Shown piece after piece: positions 27,491 through 39,261 of a stretch of 64,000 nucleotides of DNA. The notes under the pieces were generated by a model. The model made no database searches and had not been told where the DNA came from. It worked only from the letters and a program-made list of their open reading frames with translations. The position numbers and the translations under genes are program-made. How positions within the stretch are numbered: position 1 is the first letter of the stretch; the number at the start of each line of letters is the position of its first letter. Origin of the DNA: Sphaerodactylus townsendi (taxonomy: Eukaryota); contig NC_059439.1 of the NCBI RefSeq assembly GCF_021028975.2, forward strand, positions 38,936,001 to 39,000,000. The letters run 5' to 3'.

Positions 27491-28871
27491 TTTTCCTCTT
27501 CTTTTCCTCCAGCTCAGCTCCATCGTGTTTTGTGTGGTCCACCAGATCTTCCCTGTTAGTGTCATAGAAAATAAAACCTTTCTTCCCCCCCCCCCCTGAT
27601 TTCTCTTCCTCCTTCCCACCCTTTTCTCCTTTCAATTTGCACTCTTTTCATTAAATGCCTGCATTTCTCTCGCACCCCTTCTAATTCCCACCCTTCTTTT
27701 TTGTCAGTCTTGGTCTCGGCTCCTTCCCATTCCTGGTTGGCATCTTAGAATGAACTTCATAGCAGCAAACCTTGTTAATATTAGGAACAGAAGCAGGTGG
27801 TGGGGGAGTTAATATTTCCTCATGGTCTATCGAAGTAGTAAAAGGATGCCTCCCTTTACATGCATGGTAATGGAATGTTGATCTGTTTTACAGGTTACGT
27901 AGATGGAACAGAACAGAAGTTAACCCTTCCTACCATAATTAGATAGATTAATATTACATTTTAGACTCTGTTCAGGCAGTGAGTTGCTGTGGAATATCTG
28001 ATACCCCATAGTAAATACTACTTTGCTATTGTAGACATTACATGTCATGCAGTTGTGGGATCCAAAAATTTTAGTAACAGGTTCCCATGGTGGTGGGATT
28101 CAAACTGTGGCGTAGCGCCAATGGGGCTGGGCGGGGCACGACGGGGGTGTGGCCGGGCATTCCGGGGGCGGGGCATTCCTGGGGGGGCTGTGGCAAGGAC
28201 GCAGCCGCTGCGCCGGTCCTTGGGCGGGAAACGAATGCACGCAGGCGCAGGCTGCCACGCACGCCGGTGCACCTCCTGCTAGACTGCTTCAAGTTCTGCG
28301 CGCTACTGCTGAGAGGAGGGGCGTAACTAAGGCAAAAATCACGTGGCAAAATCACCAATTAGTAACCCCCTCTCGGTACACACAAATAATTATTAACCTA
28401 CTCTCGGGAACCTGTGAGAACCTGCTGGATCCCACCTCTGATGTCATGTTACATGAGAAATTACACCTTTTTTAGAAAATAGGTTAGCAAAATCTGTCCC
28501 AATGATTCCAGCACAAATTTGTCTTCCTTTTGTGCTAGGTACAGGTACGAGAGTAAACTTAAATAGATTTCTTACTCATTATTTATGAAAAATATGAAGT
28601 TGAGATATGAAGTTTTTGTGAACTACAGCCCGTTTCATCAGGTGTAAGATGTCTGTCCAATATTACTGCACATATGCATGGGGGTACAAATATAAAATTA
28701 GAAAACAAGAGATGATTTGGATCAGAATCATCCAATGGATGAGATGAATTATTGCACTTCTAAAGCTCGTGCGGAAGAAGTAAAAGCCCCAACTTCTCTA
28801 CCCATGAGGCACTCTTGTAACATGGGAGTCACAGCAGACTTCCGGGATTCCCGTCCTCTAGAGTCTAGACT

Positions 28872-31800
28872 CTAGACCTTCAGTTCCTTCTCACACATCC
28901 AAGCGAATGAACGGGAACAGTGGTTATCGTTCCAGCGGCCATCAGGATACGTGTGGACGCAGTCTTCCCCTCCCCCGAGGGTGTGGCCATACCAGTGGTC
29001 TGGCTGACCTTCACCCCAGTCCCTAAAACAAAAGAGACATTTTAAAAAATATATATATTAAATGTGCATTTCCAGATGTGTCTTCCTAACTGTGTCTGAA
29101 TACACAAGTTAAACTCAGTACACAATTCCCACCCACAATTCCCAACTGAAACCCTGAAGCCATCTTTGAGAACAACTAATCTAAGGGCAGAACAGCCCAA
29201 GAAGGTCCCTGCAGAAGCACGACAACTAGTGAGCGAGACATTCAGCACATGCTCAGAGGAATGTTCTCTTTCTCTGAGACTTTTAAGGAAACAACTGAAT
29301 GGAAAACTCCTGGTGTCTTTTTACCGCTGTGCTATAGAGAGTGTCTTAACCTCCTGCATCTGTGTATGGTTCTCCAGTTGCACAGTGGCAGATAGGAAGG
29401 CGCTCCAAAGGGTGATCACTCCTGCACAGAGGATCATCGGCTGCCCTCTCCCCTCCTTGGAAGAACTCTATCATTCCCGAAGCCGAAAGAAAGCCCAAAA
29501 TATTCTGAGAGACCCGTCTCATCCAGCACACTCTCTTTTTGAACTGTGACCATCCTGCAGACGATACAGGTCTATAAAAACTAGGACAAAGAGGCATAGA
29601 GACAGCTTCTACTCTAGAGCTGTGGCTATGCTGAACTCCGCGGCTTCGTGTTGATGTGTTTGGGGCTGTGTAGGGATGGGTGGAGGAAGGGGAAAGGGAG
29701 GGTGGGGTATGAGTCTGAAATTGTGTGCCTCGAGGAATGCGGCTGTAAATTTAGTTGTGCGTCCACAATGACAATAAAATGCTTATGCTTATGCACACAG
29801 GCAAGCTATACCAAAACCAGGGGCCAGGCAGTGTAGTAATGCACTGCTGACCCAGCAGCGCCGTGGTAGAACGTTGGGTGGTGGGGGGGCGTCTCGCCTA
29901 TTCCTTAGCGACGACCCTGCGGGGTTGACTACAAGGCAGAGTGAAACCAAGTATTGATTTTTCTGCTACTCCCCACCCCTCCCTGAACCCACCCACTGCA
30001 AGCAGAGGAGGCAGCCTCAGATGAAAATAAATCTTACTCCAGCGGATGTTAAAGATGTCAACAACCACAAAAGAACCAAAGGACAGAAAAGGTTGAGGAC
30101 AGAACTGACGAGAATTATTATGGTCAGGAAGGGGTTATCTGACAGCCCCAAACAACTGGCGCCTTCCTTCCTCTGCTCTTTATAGGAAGCTTTGCATTTT
30201 CCATTTTATCTGCACAACAAAAAGGGCTAGAAACATTTTTTTTAAGTGCAAGCTAAGAATTCAGAGGAAAACATGGCATATTTCTCTGGGGGCATTTCCC
30301 CATATGCCCCTCCATAGCTATAGGCCTCAGAAGCTTACAAACGAGGCACATGTGTGAAGGAATCCCTATCTTGTCCCCCACTCCTCTGAAGATGCCAGCC
30401 ACAGATGCAGGCGAAACGTCAGGACAAAATGCTACTGGAACATGGCCATACAACCTGGAAAACCCACAACACCCTAGTGATTCTGGCTGCGAAAGGCTTT
30501 GACAATACATTGAACTTAATTATCTTCTGAGTGGTGAATGAAGATGTAACCCTCATGCTCAGAATGGGTTGACCCAGAAAGGGGTGGAGACCCAAAGCAG
30601 GAGGAGGCTGCAGACCTCATGTAGTTTGGAGGAGACAAGGCTACCAGACTCGGACCTTGGTTTGTAGAAGCCCTTAACACCTTGTGAAGGTAACTGCAAT
30701 GTTGTTGGGAACTACTGGGAGGGTAGTTGTTTGTTTTTGCTGTGTTGTAAATGTTGGAGTTTACTGTTTCAGGGTTTTTGTGGTTGTCATGGGTGAGAGT
30801 TCTCCTGGAAACCTTCATCATGTTGAATCCTGTTCATCAAGCCCTTGGAGTCTTCAGGAGCCAACCCTCTTGCAAAGAAGAATTGGACTTGGCAGTATCA
30901 GTAGACTGTAAATATAAGGACTTGAAAATGCAACCTGAACAGGACCTTGAAGTGTAATGTTAAATGTTGATGTTATATATTATATGTTAAGAAAGTAAAC
31001 CATTTTGTTTTTTTTAAATTTGTTGTTGCAAACTCATTCCAAGTTCTGCCCCACAGAACCCACAAGCTGAGGTTACAAAGGCACAGCACAAGAGCGGGGG
31101 GGAGGTGATGGTGGGCTGTGTGGTTCACGGGACTCACTCTGAGCGGACGGTGTAGCCTGTCTCATCCACCCACTTCCACGTCCCGCTGACATCTGTCAGG
31201 CCGATCCACATGTAAGCCGACCTCCTGAGCTCATCCACAAACTTCTAGCAAAAGGAAACAACTGAGATGTTTGCTGATCCCACAGCACCCACGCTTCCAC
31301 CCCTCCGAGGTAGATGGCCCGCCCTGCAGGAGGACTACAGCGCTGTCAGTGTTCTGTGTTCAGTTCTGGTTGCCACATCTCAAAAAAGGATATTGAGGAG
31401 ATAGAAAAAGTGCAGAGAAGGGCAACGAGGATGATTGAAGGATTGGAGCACCTTCCTTATGAGGAGAGGCTGCAGCGTTTGGGACTCTTTAGTTGGAGAG
31501 GAGACATCTGAGGGGGGATATGATTGAAGTCTATAAAATTATGCATGGGGTAGAAAATGTTGACAGGGAGAAATTTTTCTCTCTTTCTCACAATACTAGA
31601 ACCAGGGGGCATTCATTGAAAATGCTGGGGGGAAGAATTAGGACTAATAAAAGGAAACACCTCTTCACGCAACGTGTGATTGGTGTTTGGAATATGCTGC
31701 CACAGGAGGTGGTGATGGCCACTCACCTGGATAGCTTTAAAAAGGGCTTGGACAGATTTATGGAGGAGAAGTCAATTTATGGCTACCAATCTTGATCCTC

Positions 31801-34800
31801 CTTGATCTGAGATTGCAAATGCCTTAGCAGACCAGGTGCTCAGGAGCAGCAGCAGCAGAAGGCCATTGCTTTCACATCCTGCAGGTGAGCTCCCAAAGGC
31901 ATCTGGTGGGCCACTGCGAGTAGCAGAGTGCTGGACTAGATGGACTCTGGTCTGATCCAGCAGGCTAGTTCTTATGTTCTTATGTTCTTAACACTTACTT
32001 TCTCCTCAGGTGAATTGATGATAATCAGGTGGGACTCTTTGCCTTCACAGTCCCGCTTGGCCTCCATCCAGGGCCGCTGAAGACGGGACATCCAATAGCA
32101 GCTCTCGTGATGGACTGCCCAGCCTTTAGGGCAGCAGCCGGACTTACTACCTGTTAGGGGAGGAGAAATCAAAGCGTTGCCCCTGAGCCACCAACGTGTG
32201 TGAGCCCACGGATGCACTTCTGGGGTTGGATCCAGCCATCTTTCCCCCCTCGGCCTGGATCGGTTCCTTCTCCTCTGACACGCTTTCCATCCACAAAGGT
32301 CCCACGATCCCATTCCATGATGGTTGGGTTTGGGGGGGGGGGGGACAGTCTCTCCTCAGTGGAGCAGCAGTGGCGTAGTGGCTAAGAGCAGTGGCTAAGA
32401 GCAGGTGCACTCTGATCTGGAGGAACCGGGTTTGATTCCCAGCTCTGCCGCTTGAGTTGTAGAGGCTTATCTGAGGAATTCAGATTAGCCTGTGCACTCC
32501 CACACATGCCAGCAGGGTGACCTTGGGCTAGTCACAGCTTCTCGGAGCTCTCTCAGCCCCACCCACCTCACAGGGTGTTTGTTGTGAGGGGGGAAGGGCA
32601 AGGAGACTGTAAGCCCCTTTGAGTCTCCTGCAGGAGAGAAAGGGGGAATATAAATCCAAACTCCTCCTCTTCTTCTTCTTCAATGGGGAGCTGCCTCCAG
32701 GGCCATACTGGGATTTACAGGTTTGCTAGTAATCAAATAATACATTCAGGCCACACAAACATCAGTGGAGGGAGGGGGGGGGGGAAGGGGACAGTCCTAA
32801 CCAACCAAGTAGCCCCACGGACCGGACCCTCATCCAGCTTTTCCCCTTTACCCAGTTCGTCTCCCCACCCGCCTCTTTGGTCTCTTCAGTACCGTTGCTT
32901 TGTAGCTCCACCAGCTGACAACGCAGCGAGTTCGAGTCCTGGTGCAGGATCGCCAGCAAGCTTTCCAGCCGCTTCTTGACTGACGGAGGAAAGAGGCAGG
33001 AAAGAAGGAGCGTGAGCCCCAGGCTAGGGAGTTGCCAACCTCCAGGGGTAGCCTGGTGATCTCCCACACGACAGAGGTCAGTTTCTCTGAAGAAAATGGC
33101 CGCTTTGGGGAGAGGTCCGGCCCAGCCCAGCCCGCCCGGGGGCTGAGTCATCAGGCCAGCTTCCCCCGCATCCCCCAGCCACAAAGGAGCACAAGCGGCC
33201 ACCAAGCATGGCCACGCCAGGCCCTCACTTTTCTCTGTCTCGTTGCCCTCGCGGCCCAAGGTCTGCTCCAACGTGGTCAGTCGTGAGCTGGTGCTGTTTC
33301 CTAGAACAGACAATAGAAAGACTATGCAGGTAGGGGGGCTGCAGAGGTGGGATCCAGCAGGTTCTCACAGGTTCCGGAGAGTAGGTTACTCATTATTTGT
33401 GTGTGCCGAGAGGGGGTTACTAATGGGTGATTTTGCCACGTGATTTTTGCCTTAGTTACGCCCCTCCTCTCAGCAGTAGTGCGCAGAACTTGGAGCAGTC
33501 TAGCAGGAGGTGCACCGCGTGCGTGGCAGCCTGCGCCTGCGTGCATTCGTTTCCCGCCCAAGGACCGGCGCAGCGGCTGCGTCCTTGCCACAGCCCCGCC
33601 CAGCAATGCCCCGCCCCCGGAATGCCCAGCCACGGCCCTGTCGTGCCCCGCCCAGCCCCATTGGTGCTTCGCCACAGTTTGAATCCCACCACCATGGGAA
33701 CCTGTTACTAAAATTTTTGGATCCCACCACTGGGTGGCTGGTCTCGATGTCCCCAGGAACTGCATGTGATCTCCAGGCGACAGAGAGATCTCCTCCCCAG
33801 GATCAAATGGCTCTTTTGAGAGGTACCTACTGATGCCCCTCCCCTCCTCAGATCCCCCTTGCCCAGGCTCTCCCCCTGACGTCTTGTTGTCAGCAGCCAC
33901 AAGGCCGGCTGTGGCCAGGGATGGGCGGAGTACAATAAAATAAATCCCTGAGCCTGTGGCTTGCAGCCAGCTCTGATTTCAGGGGCAACCGCAACATTGC
34001 AGGGGCTTTTCTGCACGGCAGACAGGAACCACAGGGCCCGCATCTGTGCCGGTCACTTTCTTGCCACTACACAAGCATCCACAACCACACAGGGGTGGGG
34101 TGAGGGGGGGGATTTCAACCCCAGCCTCTCCTCTTTTACTCACGCTTCTGCTGGAGGCTGCTGAGGCCCACCGAGACGGTCTTGTTGAAGCTCTGGAGGG
34201 ACTCCCAGGTCTCCTGCTGCGCTGTGCCAAACTGTGCCCCTGGCAAGAAGCAAATCGAGGGGATGCTGAAAAGTGGGTCTGCTGGAGGCTCGAGGTGCTC
34301 GGTTGCCCCACCTGCCCCCAGGATGGAGCCGCCCTGTCAGCCAGATCCAAGCCCAGCTCCGCAGGGGTTTGCCTCAAACCCAGACCCGGCAGCCCAAATC
34401 CATAAGAACATAAGAACTAGCCAGCTGGATCAGACCAGAGTCCATCTAGTCCAGCACTCTGCTACTCGCAGTGGCCCACCAAGTGCCTTTGGGAGCTCAC
34501 GTGCAGGAGGTGAAAGCAAGGGCCTTCTGCTGCTGCTGCTGCTCCTGAGCACCTGTTCTGCTCAGGCATTTGCAATCTGAGATCAAGGAGGATCAAGATT
34601 GGTAGCCAGAGATCGACTTCTCCTCCATAAATCTGTCCAAGCCCCTTTTAAAGCTATCCAGATGAGTGGCCATCACCACCCCCTGCGGCAGCATATTCCA
34701 AACAGCAATCACATGTTTTGTGAAGAAGTGTTTCCTTTTATTAGTCCTAAAAGCGGAACCCACCATCTCCCACTTCGAGGAGAGCGAATCGAGCCCCTGC

Positions 34801-36854
34801 AGAGCTCTGGTACCCCCCTAGTTGTTTTATCTATTCGGGGGCTTGGCCAGAGGATCCTGCCAGTCTGCCATCCCTTTGCCCAGCTGCCACTCACCCTTGG
34901 TGCCCATAATAATGACCAGAAGGCTGAGCACAGCGCAGAGGCCGGCCACGAGGAGGAGCAGGCGGCTGGTGGGGCAGATCCGGTCCAATGCCGACTGGGG
35001 TGGCGGCAACCCTGTGGGTACCAGAAGAGACGTTTCTATGCTGAGATGTGCCTCTTGCCGAGTTTTGCCAGGCCTCCAAGCAAGCGCCAAAACCCAGTGG
35101 ATCCAGGGAACTTGGGGGTTTGCATGAAGCCAGTGAGTGGGAGACTCTTGGGGGAAAGAAGGCAGGAGTCCAGGGAAGGGATTGCAGTGATGGAACAAAC
35201 ACAGCGATCCAGAAGGCAGGACAAGGAACCCCCCAGAAGGGACGCCCAACAGGGAGGAAGCGGTGGAGGCCGCTGAGCCCCAGGCCTTCATGTGGGTCTT
35301 CCAGAGTTGCCAACCTCCAGGCGGGGTCTGGCGATCTCCCAGAATTACAAGTGGATCTCCAGACTACACCAATCAGTGGGCTGCCTGGAGGGTGGACGTG
35401 AGGGCATTAGACCTTTCCAAGATCCCTCCCCTCCCCAGGTTCTATCCCAAATCTCCAGGGGTTTCCTGTTCCAGAGTTGGCAACCCTTGGATCTGCCGTC
35501 CCATGGTGTCCAAACCGTCCTTCCCACAGCTCTTCCAGTCCTCCCCCAACAGATCCAGTCCCAGGAGAAAGGTTGACTTCCCCCCGTTTCTTGCTGGGTT
35601 TATATGTCCCACGTGTCTGGTTGGCCCCACTTGGCAATATCCCCACATCTCAAGGCACCTCTCCCAAAGTGTTTCCGCCCTTCCTCTGCCATGTCCGTGG
35701 ATTTGAGATCTTGGTAGTCCTGGGCGACTGTGGGTTCGGGTTCAGAGGCGCTGAAGCTGGAAAGGAAGAGAGGCCAGAGGTTCAAATCGCCCGTGATGCA
35801 AACTGTTTAATCTCAAATGCGTTAGTCACGCTCTCCGTCTGGCCTACTTTACAGGGCTGTTGCAAACAGTGCTGTGTTTATTTTCACTAAACGAGCTTCA
35901 GTTTAGGGCACTGATGGCGAACCTTTTCGAGACGGAGTGCCCAAACTGCAACCCAAAACCCACTTATTTATCGCAAAGTGCCAGCATGGCAATTTAACCT
36001 GAATACTGAGGTTTTAGTTTAGAAAAAACTGTTGGCTCAGAGGCATGCATTACTCGGGAGTAAGCTTGGTGGTAGTCGGTGGCTTTGCTTTGAAGCAACC
36101 GTGCAACTCTTCCAACGGGTGAGTCACAACCCTAGGAGGGTTTACTCAGAAGCAAGCCCCATTGCCAGCAACCGAGTTTACTCCCAGGTAAAGGATTGCG
36201 CTTTTGCTCTTTGCATGAAAATCAGTGGGGTTTAACAGTGCTTACAGGGTTACCTACACTGCTTCCCCAAAACTAGGTCTTAGGTTTAATGCTAATAATC
36301 GAGCTCAGCAGCCCAGGCCAGCCTAGATGTGGGGGGGGGGGGCACTCTGTTTGCGGGTGCCCACAGAGAGGGCTGAGTGCCACCTCTGGCACCCGTGCCA
36401 TAGGTTCACCACCACTGGTTTAGGGCCTTGGATTATGAGGAGCTTCTAAATACAGGAAAACCACCACAAAATACTACAGGACCACTCTACTGGTACTGCT
36501 CCGGGGCTTCTTAAACTTGACGCAGCATGAAGCTTCTAGAAGTGCTTGACCCTAGCCACGGGTGTGTGATGCTAAAAAGTGAGGGAGGCCCAGTTCTCCA
36601 GATTAGAACCCACCTGCTTTTAACCACTACACCACGCTGGCTCTCACACTGGCTGTGAGATGCTGCCATCCCTGCCGGTCGCAGTTTCTGCACTCTGAAC
36701 TGCGGTGCGCTCTTCTCGAGTCCCAGAAACACTCGCCAAGGCAGCAAGACTCCGGGGTCCTGGCTCAACCCACACCCCTGAGCACGGCTGACATTTCTGA
36801 CGCTCTCCACACCCCTCCGCTCCAATAAACTTACTTCGCAAAAGACGTGGCCAT
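28872..36854 (-). CDS. ASGR1: Asialoglycoprotein receptor 1-like (ASGR1/CLEC10A family) Gal/GalNAc C-type lectin, 299 aa
   Basis: Exons 36854-36835 (MATSFA), 35756-35659 (..QDYQDLK..), 35011-34895 (TM), 34239-34144, 33300-33229, 32979-32893, 32150-31999, 31244-31138, 29022-28872 ([25 protein letters not shown], stop). Sizes 117/96/72/87/152/107 fit the ASGR layout; YQDL endocytosis motif, QPD and WND present. One-to-one orthology versus ASGR2/CLEC10A is not provable here. Confidence 0.85.
29270..29794 (+). mobile_element. Rex1/Babar-like LINE 3' fragment (second copy)
   Basis: Same protein segment, same premature TGA and same tail as 7674-8220. Confidence 0.8.
30378..30512 (+). mobile_element. 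Penelope-like element terminus containing a type I hammerhead ribozyme motif
   Basis: TCCT-CTGAAGA-T-GCC..GGC-GAAAC-GTC-AGGA at 30382-30424, followed by the typical PLE end ..GAAAGGCTTTGACAATAC. Confidence 0.75.
30545..31077 (+). mobile_element. Solo LTR
   Basis: TG..CA ends with inverted termini TGTAACC / GGTTACA, 533 bp, internal TATA-like and AGTAAA signals, imperfect 4-bp TSD AAGA/AAGG. Confidence 0.65.
31335..31990 (+). mobile_element. CR1 LINE 3' end (other copies: - 34401-34750, + 38632-38980, - 55024-56081, + 56965-57652)
   Basis: [44 protein letters not shown]; (TTCTTATG)n tail. Confidence 0.92.
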
Positions 36855-36859
36855 TCCGC

Positions 36860-36945
36860 CCAGCTGCAGGTCAGTCAGAACACGCGACTTTCCGCTCTCC
36901 CAAGATCCAATTGGAAATTATAAGCAGAGCAAACTTTGGACGAAG
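36860..36945 (-). promoter_or_regulatory. TATA box plus HNF4-like site upstream of the ASGR1-like gene
   Basis: TTATAA at 36918-36923, about 65 nt upstream of the ATG; adjacent GCAAACTTTGGAC (36929-36941) resembles an HNF4 DR1 site, consistent with a liver gene. Confidence 0.45.
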
Positions 36946-37072
36946 CCAAGGTCAGCTGCCAGATGGATTGCTCAATGGAAACCCTGTTGCAGCGCATAGC
37001 CATGACTTCTGGGAGAGCAGGAAAGCTCTGCAGAGGCCTCTGATGGTAGCTGTGGAAGGTGGAGCAGACAGA

Positions 37073-37213
37073 GGCTCATTCCGCACATGCAGAATAATGC
37101 ACTTTGAAACTGCTTTCAATGCTCTTTGAAGCTGTGCGGAATAGCAAAATCCACTTGCAAACAGTTGTGAAAGTGGTTTGAAAACGCATTATTTTGCGTG
37201 CGCAGAAGGGGCC
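37073..37213. mobile_element. Short MITE, PIF/Harbinger-like
   Basis: GGC..GCC ends, imperfect fold-back, 3-bp direct repeat AGA on both sides. Confidence 0.5.
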
Positions 37214-39261
37214 AGAGTTTGGGGTGACCTGGATCTTCCGTTGCCCTCCTCTGTGTGTGTGTGGGGGGGGGGGGGGGAGAATGCTCCTAGGTTGGATCTT
37301 GAGGCTTTTTCTCACTAACACCACAGGCATTCTCAACCCATCACAGAAACCTTTGATCTGTCAATATACTGTACTGGGAGCATTCAAATGCAAAACCTTT
37401 ACAAAATAAAAAGACCTCTGGTGACTCTTAAAAGCCAGTGCATGTACTCTGGGCTGGATCCCGCCACACCAAGTGCCACTTGTTCTTGATGATGTGTCCA
37501 CACTTAACCGTGGAAATGCAGAGCCTAGTCTCTGGTTTGGAACCTTGGCTCCAGTCCCCTGTGCGTCAGGCTGGGCGTGGGGAGGGAGGGGGGGGGGGGA
37601 AGACGTAGAATTCTCTTTTAACAGCAGTTAAAACTGGTGTTTGTTAGTGTGCTTAATCATAAATAAATTTAGTTTAAACCAACAAGAATATGCACTGAAA
37701 TATGTTCTATTTTACGCATTTGGACAAGGTGTCCGTAGGGGACGTCACACTTGGAGGAACGCAAAACAAACCAGCTGTGGGGCTGCCTAATGCAGCTGGA
37801 TTGGATCAAGGGGCTGTTAATTCTGTTTCCTGCACTGGCCAGCCAGATGTCTCTGGAAAAGGATGTGACAGGGAAACACAACCGCATGAAGCCATCTTGA
37901 GCCCCAGAAGAGTTTCGTGCTAACTTCACCCCTGGTTATGTTATCATCCTCACCACCATCACGAGTCCCAATTCACCTGTCACCTTGCCCTGCCCTTTTG
38001 CTGAAGGGCAGACTTAGCCTGGAAGGGCAGGGTGGTGGGCAATACCTCCCCCCAAGTGAGATCATTTGACAGACAAGAAGAAAAGCACTGGCTGTTGAAT
38101 TTCTGTCCGGTATGCTGTGCAGCTGTGACAGGAACAGAGCCATTGGCTGCTGAAGAGCATCACACCCGTGAAAGTGTGTTGGAGAGGTAAATAACAACGA
38201 TAGCAGATTGCTGCCACCTTTTAGGACTAAATTATATTATCTGGAGTGCTAATCTCAGGATTCCAACATTATGTAGTTTGATCTTTATTTACCAATAGGA
38301 GTCAAACTGGTAACCAACTCCAATAAATGTGGTTATTATATAGTCTTCTTATCCAAATAAGTCTGGAGGTACAAATGTGAAGGCCCAAGAAAGTTGCAAA
38401 ACACCATTTTAAAATCAGGTTTAAAACATTGTAAACTCTGGGGAGCCCGAGGAGGTCAGGAAAGCCTTCCACTCGCCCGGCTTTCAGCAAACTGCAAAAC
38501 TGAATTATTCAAGAGAGGTTGTGTGCAAAGGTAATAAACAGGGTTGCACCAGACAAAATGATTTTATAAACATGCTTGGATAAACGATTGGGACTGTGGT
38601 CTATACTGCTGTGCATAGTTTACTGTAAGTAGGAAGAATTAGGACTAATAAAAGGAAACACTTCTTCACGCAACGTGTGATTGGTGTTTGGAATATGCTG
38701 CCACAGGAGGTGGTGATGGCCACTAGCCTGGATAGCTTTTAAAAGGGCTTGGACAGATTTATGGAGGAGAAATCGATCTCTTAAGCTGTCAATTCTTGAT
38801 CCTCCTTGATCTCAGATTGCAAATGCCTTAGCAGACCAGGTCCTCAGGAGCAGCAGAAGGCCCTTGCTTTCACATCCTGCACGTGAGCTCCCAAAGGCAC
38901 CTGGTGGGTCACTGCGAGTAGCAGAGTGCTGGACTAGATGGACTCTGGTCTGATCCAGCAGGCTAGTTCTTATGTTCTTAGGATCCTGTTACATAATTTT
39001 TATACTGCCTAATGTCACGTGAATACTTATGCTGTGCTTCAGTTCTTTCTGATGGTTTGCGGACTTCTGCAATGCTGAAGCATCGTCTAACCAATGTCCC
39101 ATTTTGTAATTATACTGTGTAATCTGCTTGGAGCCCCCGTGAGAAAGATTATTCCAGACAAAATGTTGCTGATAGGCTGCCAGTGGGGATTCATTTATGG
39201 TGTGTTTGTGAGTCAGTTCCATGCACTTGGCATATAGAAAGCCTGCATCAGGCCACGAAGG

